NCBI GenBank assembly: GCA_009914755.4
Contig: CP068257.2
Span: 43,264,001 to 43,328,000 of the forward strand
From: the human T2T-CHM13v2.0 reference genome, Homo sapiens
DNA: 64,000 nucleotides
Reading direction: 5' to 3'
This document shows, piece by piece, positions 13,437-26,290 of the stretch. Each line of letters opens with the position of its first letter. Positions within the stretch are counted from its first letter, which is position 1. The notes beneath the pieces were generated by a model. It did not search any database and was not told the origin of the DNA. It worked only from the letters and a program-made list of their open reading frames with translations. The translations under genes were made by a program, and so were the position numbers.

Positions 13437-15478
13437 CTAAGGGGGAAAATAGCAAGAAGACAGACTCTAAAAATGGCACATGTTGTACTAACAAATTGCA
13501 TAGAGGAAATAGCTATTATCTCTCTAGTGCAAAAGGTAAATGGTAATCTTCATCTCTAAAGAGATCTTAGAAATTAATAACAAAAAGGTAAATACTCCAT
13601 TCAAGGATGTTTCAAGGGTGTGGCACCCTGAGCAGGTAATTCACAAAAGAAGGAAGAAAACTGGCTAAGAAACATATGAGTCACCCCAGGAAAGAACCAG
13701 GGATTTCAGCCAAAATATCTTGATTCCCTGTGTAGCCGTCAACGTGTAAGATGCTTTGGCGGTTTCGGTGCCTGCGCTATGGAGTCCCACACAGCAACGA
13801 AAACATGCAAACAGCTGCTCAGGGCAGCTTGGCTTCGTGGTAAAAGTGAATTTATGGGGAAAAAAAGAGAGACACAGTTCCAAAATATTCTGCATTTCTC
13901 TGGGTGGTGGCACTATGAGTATTTTCAATTTTCATTATTCCTGTTTGTATTTTCCACCCTTTTTGTGATAAATGAATAAAGGACATTTTAAAAATGGAAT
14001 TTCATGGTGGCCGACGAATTATGCTGAAATTGCTCCTTCGGATTCCAAAGCTACTGGCTTTCTTGTTCCCACTGTGACGTTGATGAGGACGCTGCTTCAT
14101 GGCAGTGGGACCTCCCTGCTGGCATGGGCTTGTTGCCACTGTCACTCACCCATTCACCCATCCATGGGACAGGGGCTTGCCAGCCTCTCCTCTAGGCACG
14201 GCGCAGGGGCTGAGAGCTGCACTCCAGGACTCCTGGACTCTGCCCTCTGCTGAGACTCTCAGCACCTCTTTTCCCCAACACCTACCCCAAGTTTCCATCA
14301 CACACAGAAACCTCCACCACTCCCAACACCAACATGTGTCCCCAGCGAGGCTGTTTACAAATCAGCTGGGCAGGAAGGTGTTCCCCTGGGGCTAACTCTT
14401 CTGCACTCTCAGACCCTGAATGGCCGGAGAGAACACGCAGCCCGGGGTGGGCAGGGGCCTCAGCTCAGGACAGCACCAGGGCCCTCTGTGCTTGCTCAGG
14501 GCCTGGGCTCCACACACATGGGCTCGGAATCGACAAATGCAACCACCTAATCAATGCCCCGTGTCAGTGCCAGTTTGTGCCAAGCAGAATGGGAGGGATA
14601 ATTGCTGGCACCAGGTCCGGCTTGGGGTGGGTATCACCCACAGCTCCATAATTGCTAGGCGCCCACTGCAGAGCCCCTTGAGTTGGGGCTTCCCAGCGAC
14701 CTGGCCTGTACCTGCTGGGCAAATGCCTGTGTCACTGACCCCTGTGGCAGCTGGCATTCTCCTCCGGGAACGGGAGCCAGCCTCCGGTGACATGGCCTCA
14801 GGCAGGACCACGGTTCTCTGACACAGGACATGAGTGCAGCAAGGGGGGCCCACACAGGACCTGTTCCATGGAATCGCCACAGGCGTCACGCTGCCCCATC
14901 CACAGAGGCAAATGTCCCACAGCCCTGGTACCTGGTGGGGCCCGGCCTGGGCCAGAGTGGACAGACCTGGGCCTGGCAGGAGCCCTGGGGAAGTGAGTTC
15001 AAGTTACACGGTTGACTATAGAGACAGCTGGAGTGCACACAATTGGCCAGACCACCCCTCCTGTTTCACAGATGGGGAAACTGAGTCACGGGGGACCAAA
15101 TAGCCTGCTCACCCCATGCCCCTTCCAGACAGGGTGCAGATAGGGCCCCTCCCATCTCCTGGATGGCCGCGGCCCCTGTGCAGAACTTCCTTCATGGGCA
15201 CCTCGCTGTCTGGGGGCCTCTTCCCCAGGGAGTCTCCTGGTGGTGGCCGTGTTGCCTCAGGCTCACTGTGCACTAGGCAGGTCACGTCGATGCCGCCTGA
15301 GGGGCAGGGGTTACCACCCTGTGGTTCAGGTGAGAAGCTCCAGGCTCAGGAGTGTCCAGCTGCCTGGGCAGTGTTTGGATCTCATGCCAGCCCCTGCCAG
15401 GAGGCCCTGCTTCTCCAGCCCAGCCCACGCCCACCAGGAAATGCCCCTATTTACTCCCTTGAGGCAAAGGCCCTTGGG

Positions 15479-15799
15479 TGGCTGAGCATCCCCTCTCCCA
15501 GCACTCGGAGCTGAGCGTCCCCTCTCCCAGCACTCGGAGCTGAGCGTCCCCTCTCCCAGCACTCGGAGCTGAGCGTCCCCTCTCCCAGCACTCGGAGCTG
15601 AGCGTCCCCTCTCCCAGCACTCGGAGCTGAGCATTCCCCTCTCCCAGCACTCGGAGCTGAGCGTCCCCTCTCCCAGCACTCGGAGCTGAGCGTCCCCTCT
15701 CCCAGCACTCGGAGCTGAGCGTCCCCTCTCCCAGCACTCGGAGCTGAGCGTCCCCTCTCCCAGCACTCGGAGCTGAGCATTCCCCTCTCCCAGCACTCA
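15479..15799. repeat. 29-30-bp minisatellite of about 11 copies (gagctgagcgtcccctctcccagcactcg).
   Basis: Unit spacing is 29 bp, with 1-bp insertion variants (gagcattcccc). Confidence 0.9.
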
Positions 15800-16924
15800 G
15801 AGGTGCCTTCGGTTGCTCAGCTGTTCATTGAGTGCTGGGAGTGGAAACTCATACGCTGAGCGGCAGTGACGCTGCGGAGCTGACACCAAACCCCACAGCC
15901 CGCCCGGTCACCTGCTTCACCGAGGGCCGCAGCCCCCCCGGGGTCAGGTGGCCACAGGGGTCCTGGCCATGTGGGACATCCGTTCTGTGGCCCTGCTCAG
16001 GATGGCACCCGGCGGGGACTGGCCCTGGGGCCGAGGCATGGGCTCAGCCGCCGCCCTGCAGGGACGTAGCCAGGGACCTCTTCCCAGCAGAGGGACTCCC
16101 CCACTCATCCCCAGAATACTGAGGGGCACGCTGGGTGCCAGGCTGGCAGGGACCCTGGGGATTCTGCTGTGAGCTGGATGGGGAAGGAGTTCCTTCCTGA
16201 AATGTGGAGTCTGGAGGCCACTCTTGGTAAAGTGCTGGCCCCCGGGGATTCTGCAGTGAGCTGGGCATGGATTCTGCAGTGAGCTGGGCTTCACTCATGG
16301 TGAAGCGCTGGGGTGACGGCAGACAGCCCAGAGCTTCTAGCAGCTCATTTCTGTGAAGCCTCCAGAATCCGGCCTCAGCCCCCAAACCCGCAGGCGTTGC
16401 GCCACCGTCACGGGGAAGGCGAGTGACAGCGAGTGTCCCCTATGCCCCCACAGCTCGCTCCCAGGCTGAGCTCTCCGGCCATCCCCCCCCTTCCCCATTG
16501 CAGCCATGCCACCCCTCCTTCTCCCCACCCAGGAACTGACAGAGGAGAGGGGCCCCGGATGGACAGGGACAGCAGGGCAGAATCCCAGCTCCCAGATCCA
16601 GGGGAGGGGGGATTGGGTGTGGGGACGGTGGTGCAAGGGGTGGTGCCAGGGGTGGAGGATGCATGGGGAGGGCTGGCCCCAAGAGTGCAGTGTTGGGGGA
16701 AGGGGGCCAGGTGGGCCTGGGACCCAGGGGCGTGGCTTCAATCCCCCTCCCACCAGGACCTTGGGAATGGCCTCCAGGAGCCTGTTGTGGGGAGGCCAGG
16801 GTCACCAGCTGAACCAACTCGACCAGAATCGCACAGCGGTGCCCGCTCCCCTACAGCAAGACGTCACCCAGGGGTCCCCACGGAGGAGGCAGGGAAGCTC
16901 GAGGGTCCCAGAGGAGCATGGAGC

Positions 16925-17150
16925 ATGTGCCACACCACACCACACTACACTACACATGTGCACCATACATGTACATACAACAGACTCCCCACATCACATG
17001 CGCACACTCGCACACCATACATGTACACACACACACCACACTACGCTATGCCACACACGTGCACCATACATGCACACCATGCCACACTACACACACGACA
17101 CTACACACCACGAACCACACCACACCATATCACACACCACACACTGCGAG
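16925..17150. repeat. Third degenerate CA-rich block (cacaccacactacac...), in ITGB2 intron 1 close to exon 1.
   Basis: Direct reading. Confidence 0.85.
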
Positions 17151-17605
17151 TCGATCTGGAGATGGAATCGCTGTAGCCAGGCGGGGCAGCATGCAGACAG
17201 GAGGGCCTAACACAGGCAGGCGCAGCAGGTTCACAGAGGAGGCCCCGGGAACCTGCCTCCTGCCCAGCCCGGAGCACCAGGACCCCCCAGCCGTCCCCCT
17301 AGGGGCTTGTGGGCCCAGCCTCTTCCTGGCCTTGCCGGCCTCACAGCCCCTTGTCCTCCCATGCCGGCCCCATCCTCAGCCACAAGCGCTCCCAGCACAC
17401 CATGTGGCTCTGCTCTTGGTGGCAGGCACTTCCCCTTGCCGGGTCTCAAAGGGGACCCTGGAGCAGACGGTCTGGAGACCCCTTCCTGCCAGACACCCCT
17501 GGGCCGGGGCCATAAGCAGGGCCACCAGGGTCACTCCAGGCTGGGGCAGGAGAGTGCTTCCCTCCAAAAATCACCGTGGACATAGCGGGGCCTCTGCACA
17601 CTCAC

Positions 17606-17690
17606 CCTCGGTGTGCTGGAGTCCTCGGCGGTGCTCCTGGCTGGGCGTGGGGGCTTTGCTACCAGTCTGCCCTGGGTCACGTCTAGAAAC
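17606..17690 (-). other. ITGB2: ITGB2 non-coding exon 1 (5-prime UTR). The donor CACACCGAGG|gtgagtgtgcag is at 17606/17605. The 5-prime end (transcription start) is approximate.
   Basis: On the minus strand, ...GACGTGACCCAGGGCAGACTGGTAGCAAAGCCCCCACGCCCAGCCAGGAGCACCGCCGAGGACTCCAGCACACCGAGG matches the remembered published CD18 5-prime UTR/promoter. The spliced junction GAGG|GACATG joins it to the ATG exon. Confidence 0.7.
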
Positions 17691-17800
17691 CTCAGCTGGA
17701 GGCGCGGGTCGTAAAGTCCTGACACTTCCTGTTCCTCTCAGCTCCTCCTTGGAGGAAGTGGTGGGTTGCACCACCGTGGCCCTTCACCCCTGCCCCTCTC
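17691..17800 (-). promoter_or_regulatory. ITGB2: ITGB2 (CD18) TATA-less myeloid promoter. It has three clustered ETS/PU.1-GABP GGAA sites at 17724-17731, 17732-17737 and 17751-17761.
   Basis: Minus-strand sequence ACTTCCTCCAAGGAGGAGCTGAGAGGAACAGGAAGTGTCAGGACTTTACGACC lies immediately upstream of exon 1. It corresponds to the characterised CD18 promoter ETS elements. Confidence 0.7.
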
Positions 17801-18419
17801 CGCTCTACAGCAGCTCTGATGTCAGAGAGCGGCCCCTTGAGACAGGTGGGACATGTCATTTCTCACATGAGGTCCCGGCGAGAAGGACCTGCTTCCATCA
17901 GATTCACACTTGGGAGAGGGGCCCGGCCTCCAGGAGCGCCAGGCAGAAAGGGCACCCATTAGGAAGAAGAACACAGAGGCCATGGGAGTGAAAAGTTTGA
18001 TGCTGGAAAGCAACAGTAGCACATTCTGCTACAGAGCGGAATGAAAAACCCTGGGGAGCAAATTCCCGAGCCAGAGAATGGAGCGGAGGAACCAGCCAAG
18101 GAGGATAAAGAGGTGGGAACAGGCAAGAAAACCTGGGTGCGTGCACGCATTGACATCCACCTGCATGTGAGGGCGGGAGGGGACAGAACAGGGACAGCGA
18201 GGAGGAGACACTCAGGTCACAGGAGGAAGGCTGCGGATCTGGGCGGGGACGTGGATTGCGAGGCCACTGAACACCCCAGGGATGGATGGATGAGGTCCTG
18301 TTAACTAGGGACATTAGGAGGATACCACAGAACACGAAAGGGAAAATACTACAGGCTCAGAGAGAGAGAGAAGGGAGAGGAGGAGGAGGAGGAAGAGGAG
18401 GGAAAGAGATTATACCTAG

Positions 18420-18878
<459 letters not shown>

Positions 18879-19169
18879 TGATACAAAGTTGGGCAAAGAA
18901 ATAAGTAAAAATTATGATGTCATAACCTGTTGATTTAAAAAATAGTGGTAAGAATATTAACGCTGTGAAACAAAACGCCTAGAGGACTGGGTTGGGAGGG
19001 GCCAGGGAGCACATTGCCGTTCCATCCTATCTGGGGAGGAATATAGATGCTTGTCAGTGGGCATTTTGATAGAAAATATCTAAGTATATATGCTAACAAT
19101 TCAAGAGTCTCCTTAAGAATAAAAATAGCATGTATATACCTGAAAAAAAATATGACAAATCTTTATTTT

Positions 19170-19459
19170 GGGCATGGTGGCTCAAACTTGTAATCCCAGC
19201 ACTTTGGGAGGCCGAGGTGGGAGGATCACTTGAGCCCAGGAGTTCGAGACCAGCCTAGGCAACATTTGGAGACCCAGACCCTCATCTCTACAAAAAAATT
19301 TTCTAAGAATTCGCCAGGCATGGTAGCACGCGATATGGTCCAGGCTACTTGGGAGGCTGAGGTGGGAGAATTGCTTGAGCCCAAGAGGTTGAGGCTACGG
19401 TGAACCATGCTTACACCACTGCACTCCAGTCTGGGTAACTGAGAGAAAAAAAAAAAAAA
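19170..19459 (+). mobile_element. Alu in sense orientation.
   Basis: gggcatggtggctcaaacttgtaatcccagcactttgggaggccgagg ... polyA. Confidence 0.9.
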
Positions 19460-20237
19460 GGCAAATCCTTTAAAAGAAAAAAGTAAGGGAAAATATAACA
19501 AACAAGAAAGGTAAATAAAAACCAAACAATAAAACATTGGGAATAATTTCAAACCCATCAGGAATCACAGCACCTGTGAATGGGTTACATTTTCTTGTTT
19601 TAAATCAACAAGGTCTTGCGTTGGGTTTTAGAAATAAAGAGACAAAACAAGTTCCAATGAAATGTTCTCTGTCAAGGGTATCTTCTCATTACAGACTTAG
19701 CCTAGAAAATAATGAAGAAGGACAGAAAGAGAATACCATTCTACTACACCCGCTGATGACTTAAAGTAAGCAATGACCCTCGCTGCGAACGTCACGGACG
19801 CAGCAGACGTTATGCACACACCTTTAATGAATTAGTCTTGATGAAATAACAATAGAAATCAAGAAAAATAGAAAGAACAAATGTTACTATTGAGCCTGAA
19901 TCAGGTCGAACTTTTTAGATCTACAAAGAAGCATCAGGAGGGTGTGTTAGATGACATCGTAGGGATGCAATTAGCAAAATCCAGGCTGAAGAAACCCTCA
20001 CAAGGCAAACAGCACAGTACAAGAGGAGAGACGAAGGGAGAGAGACCCTTTAGATTAAGAGATTTAATCTCTTAATAGAACCAATTGCAATGCATGGACC
20101 ATATTTTAAAATCATTGTTAATTGTTTTAAGTGTGACAATGGTTTGTGGTTATGTTAAAAAGTCCCCATCTTTTAGAGTTACATGTTGAAATATTTGCAG
20201 ATGGTGCAGTATAATGTTTCAGATTTATTTCCCAATA

Positions 20238-20600
20238 AAGAGGGGTGGGTTGGGTTGGGGGAGAGTCGGGAGAGGTGTTGATACAACAAGATCACCTGTG
20301 AGTTGATTATTTTTGAAGCCACTGTTGGGGACATGGGGCTTCACTAATCTATTCTCTCTACTTCTGTAGATGTGTGAAATTTTTTGTAGTAAGATTAAAA
20401 AAACATTTCAAGGAAGTGTAAAGTTATTATTTCGCGGGTATAAAGTTCCCGTTTTGCAAGATGAAATGGTTTTGGAGAAGTTGGTGGTGATGGTTGCACA
20501 GTACTAAGTGTCCTTAATGCCACGGAAATGCATAACTTCAAATGGTTAAAATGGTGAATTTATGTTATGTATATTTTATCACAATTAAAAAGTAAAAAGT
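20238..20600 (+). mobile_element. L1 3-prime end fragment (older L1P/L1M type) in sense orientation.
   Basis: ...gttttgcaagatgaaatggttttggagaagttggtggtgatggttgcacagtactaagtgtccttaatgccacggaa...ttatgttatgtatattttatcacaattaaaaag matches the canonical L1 3-prime UTR end. Confidence 0.8.
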
Positions 20601-20748
20601 GTAAGAAAGGCTCTCTATCAGATAAACTGTTAAAAGAGAACACTGAAGGCTGAAAATAAAGAAACGGAAAATACACGTATGTGCTAGAAAATACTAACGA
20701 AGATATCGTGTAACATCAAAAAGATAGAAATCAAAGCAAAATGCATCA

Positions 20749-21245
<497 letters not shown>

Positions 21246-22070
21246 AATCAAATAGAAATGCAAATTTGGCAGGTAGAGAATTTGAGGAACGTGACCATTC
21301 GTCTCCAACTTAAACACAATTATGTTACAAAGTGGGACAATGATAAACACATAATTACTAGACCACAAGGGAAATAACCACATATTCTAAAGCACAAAGA
21401 CCATAAGGAGGCCAAATTCACGGACACAATTGAATGAAATTAGATGCTGTCCAAAGGATGGCATGAAAGAAAAAAAACAGCACTCCTGAAAAGTGGACCC
21501 AAATATAGCCTAGATCGCATACATCCATGGTGCCACACTCACGCTACGGGGTAACGAATAAGAGCCCTTGAAGTGCTGCTCTGAAGCCTCGTGACCCACA
21601 GATCCGTAACACTGAGATTCTTCTGAAAAGCAAAATGTAGAAGGAGGCATTGAAGAATAACATGCACCTCGTCCCTGCAGACCCACACACCCCTAGGGCA
21701 GGACAGTGGTTACCCCTGAAGACAGAGAAGGCTACGGGCCTGGGAGATGGAAGCAGAGGGCTTCAAAGTTCTATTGTAGAGTTTTCTTTACTAAAAAGGA
21801 AGAAAAAGTTCTGGGCAAGTCAGGCAACATGTTAAGATTTGGTAAGATGAGAGGTAGCTGTTTGGGGATTGGTACTAGTGCTCTCCATGCTGTTCTGTAT
21901 TCTTAAAATAGTTTATATCTTTTTTTTTTTTTTTAAAGGAGCTAGGAGGAAGTGACTGCAAATGAGCAGAAGGATCTTTCAGGGGGTGGAAATGCTCTGA
22001 AATTAGATTGTGGTGATGATTGCACAATTCCGTAAATTTTCTTTTTGTTGCTGTTGTTTCTTTCTTTCTT

Positions 22071-22168
22071 TTTTTAATAGAGACTAGGTCTCGCTACGTT
22101 GCCAAGGCTATGGTGAGCCAAGATCACACCACTGCACTCCAGCCTGGGTGACAGAGTAAGATCCTGTC
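22071..22168. mobile_element. Two juxtaposed short Alu fragments. One is an antisense piece (tttttaatagagactaggtctcgctacgttgccaaggct). It is followed by a sense 3-prime piece (ggtgagccaagatcacaccactgcactccagcctgggtgacagag).
   Basis: Direct reading of Alu-consensus pieces in opposite orientations. Confidence 0.6.
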
Positions 22169-22290
22169 AGAAAGAAAGAAAGGAAGAAGGAAGGGAGGGA
22201 GGGAAGGAAGGAAGGAAGGAAGGAAGGAAGGAAGGAAGGAAGGAAGGAAGGAAGGAAGGAAAAAGAAAAGAAAAAATAAAAACTGAACTC
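22169..22290 (+). repeat. Polypurine microsatellite. It contains about 15 perfect (GGAA)n copies at 22203-22262, flanked by (GAAA)n.
   Basis: ggaaggaaggaagg... reads directly as a repeat. Confidence 0.95.
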
Positions 22291-22575
22291 ACATGAGAAC
22301 CACAGCCCACAAGAGGCAGGTCTGGACTTGTGGTCTAACCCTAACCAGACTGACTGCTAGCAAAACAAAAAGATCATTGTTGTCCAGAGGATTTTAGTAG
22401 AATCCAGAGTCTTATTAAATAATATTCAAAATGTCCATGATACAACCCAAAAGTACTCAAACAGCAACAAAGAAAACCTTGAGAACTTGTAAGAGAAAAG
22501 ATAACTAATAGATGCCAACTCCGAGATAATCCCAATGCTGAAATGATCACACGGAGCATTAAAACAGCTGTTAGA

Positions 22576-22961
<386 letters not shown>

Positions 22962-25384
22962 CTAGGGACCGTGGGGCTTCCCAGAGCCGTGACCTTGCAA
23001 TGGGGGACCCAGACCTCCATTCCGGGGACTCACTCAGCACTCATCTTACTATCCCCCATCTGATGTGCCTGTTGCACAAGGCTGGAAGTCAGAGGCTGTG
23101 CACGTTTTTCTTTGTGGAGACAAGTGAGTAATTGGTGCGTTTAGTGTAAAAATATCAGGTGTGGCTGCACGGAGTGAAAAATCACAGGCTCCACGGAGCC
23201 GGGAGGCCTGCTGCCCTGCCCTCTTGCTTTGATGAGGAAATGGCGACCGCAGAAGGAAATGTAGCAGCACCGGCAACCGGCATCCGTGGGGCCACGCCGG
23301 GCTGCTTCCCAGGGCCCTCCAGCCAAGCAGCCACAGGAAAGAGTAGATGTTGATCCCAAGCTAGGACTGAGGAGTCCGTCCCTAAGAGCCGAGGGAGTCA
23401 GGCGGGCGAAACTGGCCGCATGTCTGGGTACAACTGCTCAGGGTTTCTCATCTGCTGAATCACCAAGCTAGGTTCTGAAGCCAGGCGTGAGTGAGCAGGA
23501 CTGGAGCAGGATTCTGGGAACAATCTTTTCCCTCCAGTCAGCCCAGAAATTCCATTTGCAGTCACTTTCACTTATGTATTCCAGAAAACTACCTGCTGTC
23601 ATCAGGGGTTGGTTGGTTGAGCCTTTCCCTGTGCTTGCCTGGCAGACCTGCGTGCTCTGAGGCTGCCCGACCCTGAGCTCCAGAACAGACCATCGAGTTC
23701 AGGAGACAAGCATGTCAGCCATGACACAAGGCAGATGAGAGGGACCCCCAGCGTCCACACGTGGAGGCAGCGGGGGCAGCCGGTGAGCATAGATGGGGAA
23801 GGAGATTCAGAGCCTGAGGGCTGCTCTCCTGCCCTCCCATCCTGGACACTGGCCTGGGCCCCCCAGCTTCCCTTCGCCCAGCTTCCACCCCCATAACACA
23901 CAACCCCAGAGCTTGGGAAGGAGGTCTCTCTGTGACAGGTGGGATTCTGGAAGTTTCCACGGAGGAGACCCCATAGGACCAGGGTTTGAAGGTCAAGAAA
24001 GATGCTAAGGATGGAGAGGGCCAGTGGGGAGGGGGTGGTTCCAGGCTCACTTCACAGAGGTGCTTGGGGAGCTGCAATATTTTGGCAGCACCAAGGGAAG
24101 AGTCAGGTCAGTGAGGTTCATAAGGGATGAGAAAGGAGTCTAACCAGCCCTGGAGACCCCTGGGGTCTGGCCCCACAGGGAGATGTCCAAGTGGCAGAAA
24201 GTCCCTTTCTGCCTGGAGAGCACCTCCACGAGGACCCTGGGGCCACCCGGGAACCGCTGCTCCCTCCCAGTCACTCACCACACTTCCCTCTCCCGCCCAC
24301 CCTCCAACCTGCCTGCAAATTCCCCTGCAACCCAACTCTGGTCTCCTCCCAACCCTGCCCCCACGTAGGCCTTTTTTTTTCTTTTTCACTTCTTCCCCCC
24401 AGTGACTTCCTTCTGCAGTGTTGATTCAGCTCCCTTTGAAGGCGGGTGAGACCTTTTGCAGGCTGGGGGCAGGGGCGGGGGCGGAGAAGAGGGCTGCAGG
24501 CAGGGCTGGCAGAGGGGAGGAGGTGACACACACTCCCTGGAGGCGAGTGGGGAGGGCTCGGGGCAGGAAATGGAGTTGGGTGCCCCAGGTGGGGTGCTCC
24601 AACGAGCTCTTTCTCATGGGATCCCCCACAGATCCATACAAACAGGCTGACCATCAGGGCTGGTCCCAGGCCACCAGGCTGGGTGCAATGCAGAAATGGA
24701 GATCTGCCCCGGGGAAGGCAGGTGAGTGTAGGAAGGAGGGAGGGCTGCGAGAAGCTGGGGGCAGCCTCCATCCCCCTGTGGCCTGGGTGGGCCTGTGCCC
24801 CCCCAACCCCCCGACGCAGCTTCCCACACTGGGAGCACAGTTCCTCCCTCCTCTGCCTTCCTCTGCGTGGTGTGGCTCCTCCTTGAGGGAGAGAGCTGAG
24901 GAGGTGGCATTCTTGCTTCCCTGACTCACCCAAAGGAAGATTTCACAGCCCCTGGCAAGGGCTGCCAGACAGGCTCACCTGTCACCCCCTGTCCAGGGAC
25001 AGACTGACCGGTAGCCTTGGCTGGGTGGGGAGTTATGCTGGGAAGTCTTCCAGGCCCCCTGGGGGTGGGAAGATGCTCAATGTTCAAAGGAGATGGAACG
25101 AGGAAAACAGTTAAGCAACGATGGACTCCAGGGGGAAAACCGGAGAAGAAGAAACTGTAATTCCAGTCCGTCCACATGGCCCAGCAGTGAACGACAATTG
25201 CATGGTCAGAGAGAGCAAAAGCACCACGCCGACTGAAAGCAGCTCGAATGTGGTGGGGCAGTGGGAGATAATGCCCTCATCTACCAAAACAAGATCTGCC
25301 ACCTTCGCAGACCACTAAACCTCATTCCTCCACCCACCTCCCCACCCCCATGAAGGCCAACTGACCAGAGAGCAGGGCTCCCGA

Positions 25385-25423
25385 GGGTCGGGTCGGGTCG
25401 GGTCGGGTTGGGTCGGGTGGGTG
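25385..25423 (+). repeat. (GGGTC)n array of about 8 copies, a canonical G-quadruplex-forming motif.
   Basis: gggtcgggtcgggtcgggtcgggttgggtcgggtgggtg. Confidence 0.9.
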
Positions 25424-25590
25424 CCTCTTACCCTAACTGAGGCTCTGCCCTGGACTCGGAGTCCACTTGCTGTCAAAGCATGCCACTCTTCTTTCTGATA
25501 CTTGACATATTTCTTTTCCCGTTCAATTCATGGTTTCTGCCCAAACGGAGCCACGTGAGGACGTCTTTGGGGATGTGTCTCCAAGAAAAG

Positions 25591-25797
25591 TGTGGGCTGC
25601 CTTCCTCACCCTGGATGCCTGTGGGCAGCCTTCCTCACCCTGGATGCCTGTGGGCTGCCTTCCTCACCCTGGATGCCTGTGGGCAGCCTTCCTCACCCTG
25701 GATGCCTGTGGGCTGCCTTCCTCACCCTGGATGCCTGTGGGCAGCCTTCCTCACCCTGGATGCCTGTGGGCAGCCTTCCTCACCCTGGATGCCTGTG
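25591..25797. repeat. 29-bp minisatellite of about 7 copies (tgggcwgccttcctcaccctggatgcctg).
   Basis: Direct reading. It produces the repetitive ORFs at 25530-25823. Confidence 0.9.
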
Positions 25798-26221
25798 ACT
25801 TGGTTTCCATGGGGGCTTCCTAAGCTCAGGGACCCCAAGCCTCCATCAAATCTAATGACCCGCCTTGTCTCTGAACACACCTGTGTTGTCCCCGAGCCCC
25901 TCACCAACCCCCTCTGCAACCCGGCCCACGCATTTCCCATCCTGAAGGGTCCAGCTCATAGGCCGGCCCATGTGTTCCCTTTACCCCTGCTTTGTCCCTA
26001 CCTGGTGGGGAGCTGTCCCTTCTGGGCCCTAGTGTGGCACTTCACACACAAATGTGTCCTGTGGGTGGTATCTGGGCCTCCCCCTGCAGTGAGGGGATGA
26101 CCAATGTGCAGAGCTCACTGGGCCTGGATATGGGCTCGGGTGGCACAGAACAGAGAGAAAGTGCTCCGTAAAAGTGAGCTGCGATGCGGAGGTGGGCAAG
26201 CTCTTCCCTGGAGGGGGAAGA

Positions 26222-26290
26222 GCTCTCAACCCAGAGGGATCTGACCAGGAAGGTTCACCCCCCCTCCACCCAGGAAGCCCCTGCAGACAG
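26222..26290. repeat. Short dispersed duplicate of about 65 bp. Its partner is at 26866-26935 and is about 88% identical.
   Basis: ctctcaacccagagggayctgaccagraaggt...ccctccacccaggaagcccctg appears at both sites. Confidence 0.6.

Noticed and set aside
16433-17991. ORFs of 247-357 aa spanning the region just downstream of ITGB2 exon 1.
   Set aside because: They come from GC-rich sequence plus the CA-repeat block (His/Thr runs). This is intron 1 of ITGB2.
24271-24933. 220-aa minus ORF and 168-aa plus ORF in a GC-rich region upstream of ITGB2.
   Set aside because: They are Pro/Gly/Arg-rich low-complexity with no homology I recognise. They could overlap lncRNA exons, but there is no evidence of coding.
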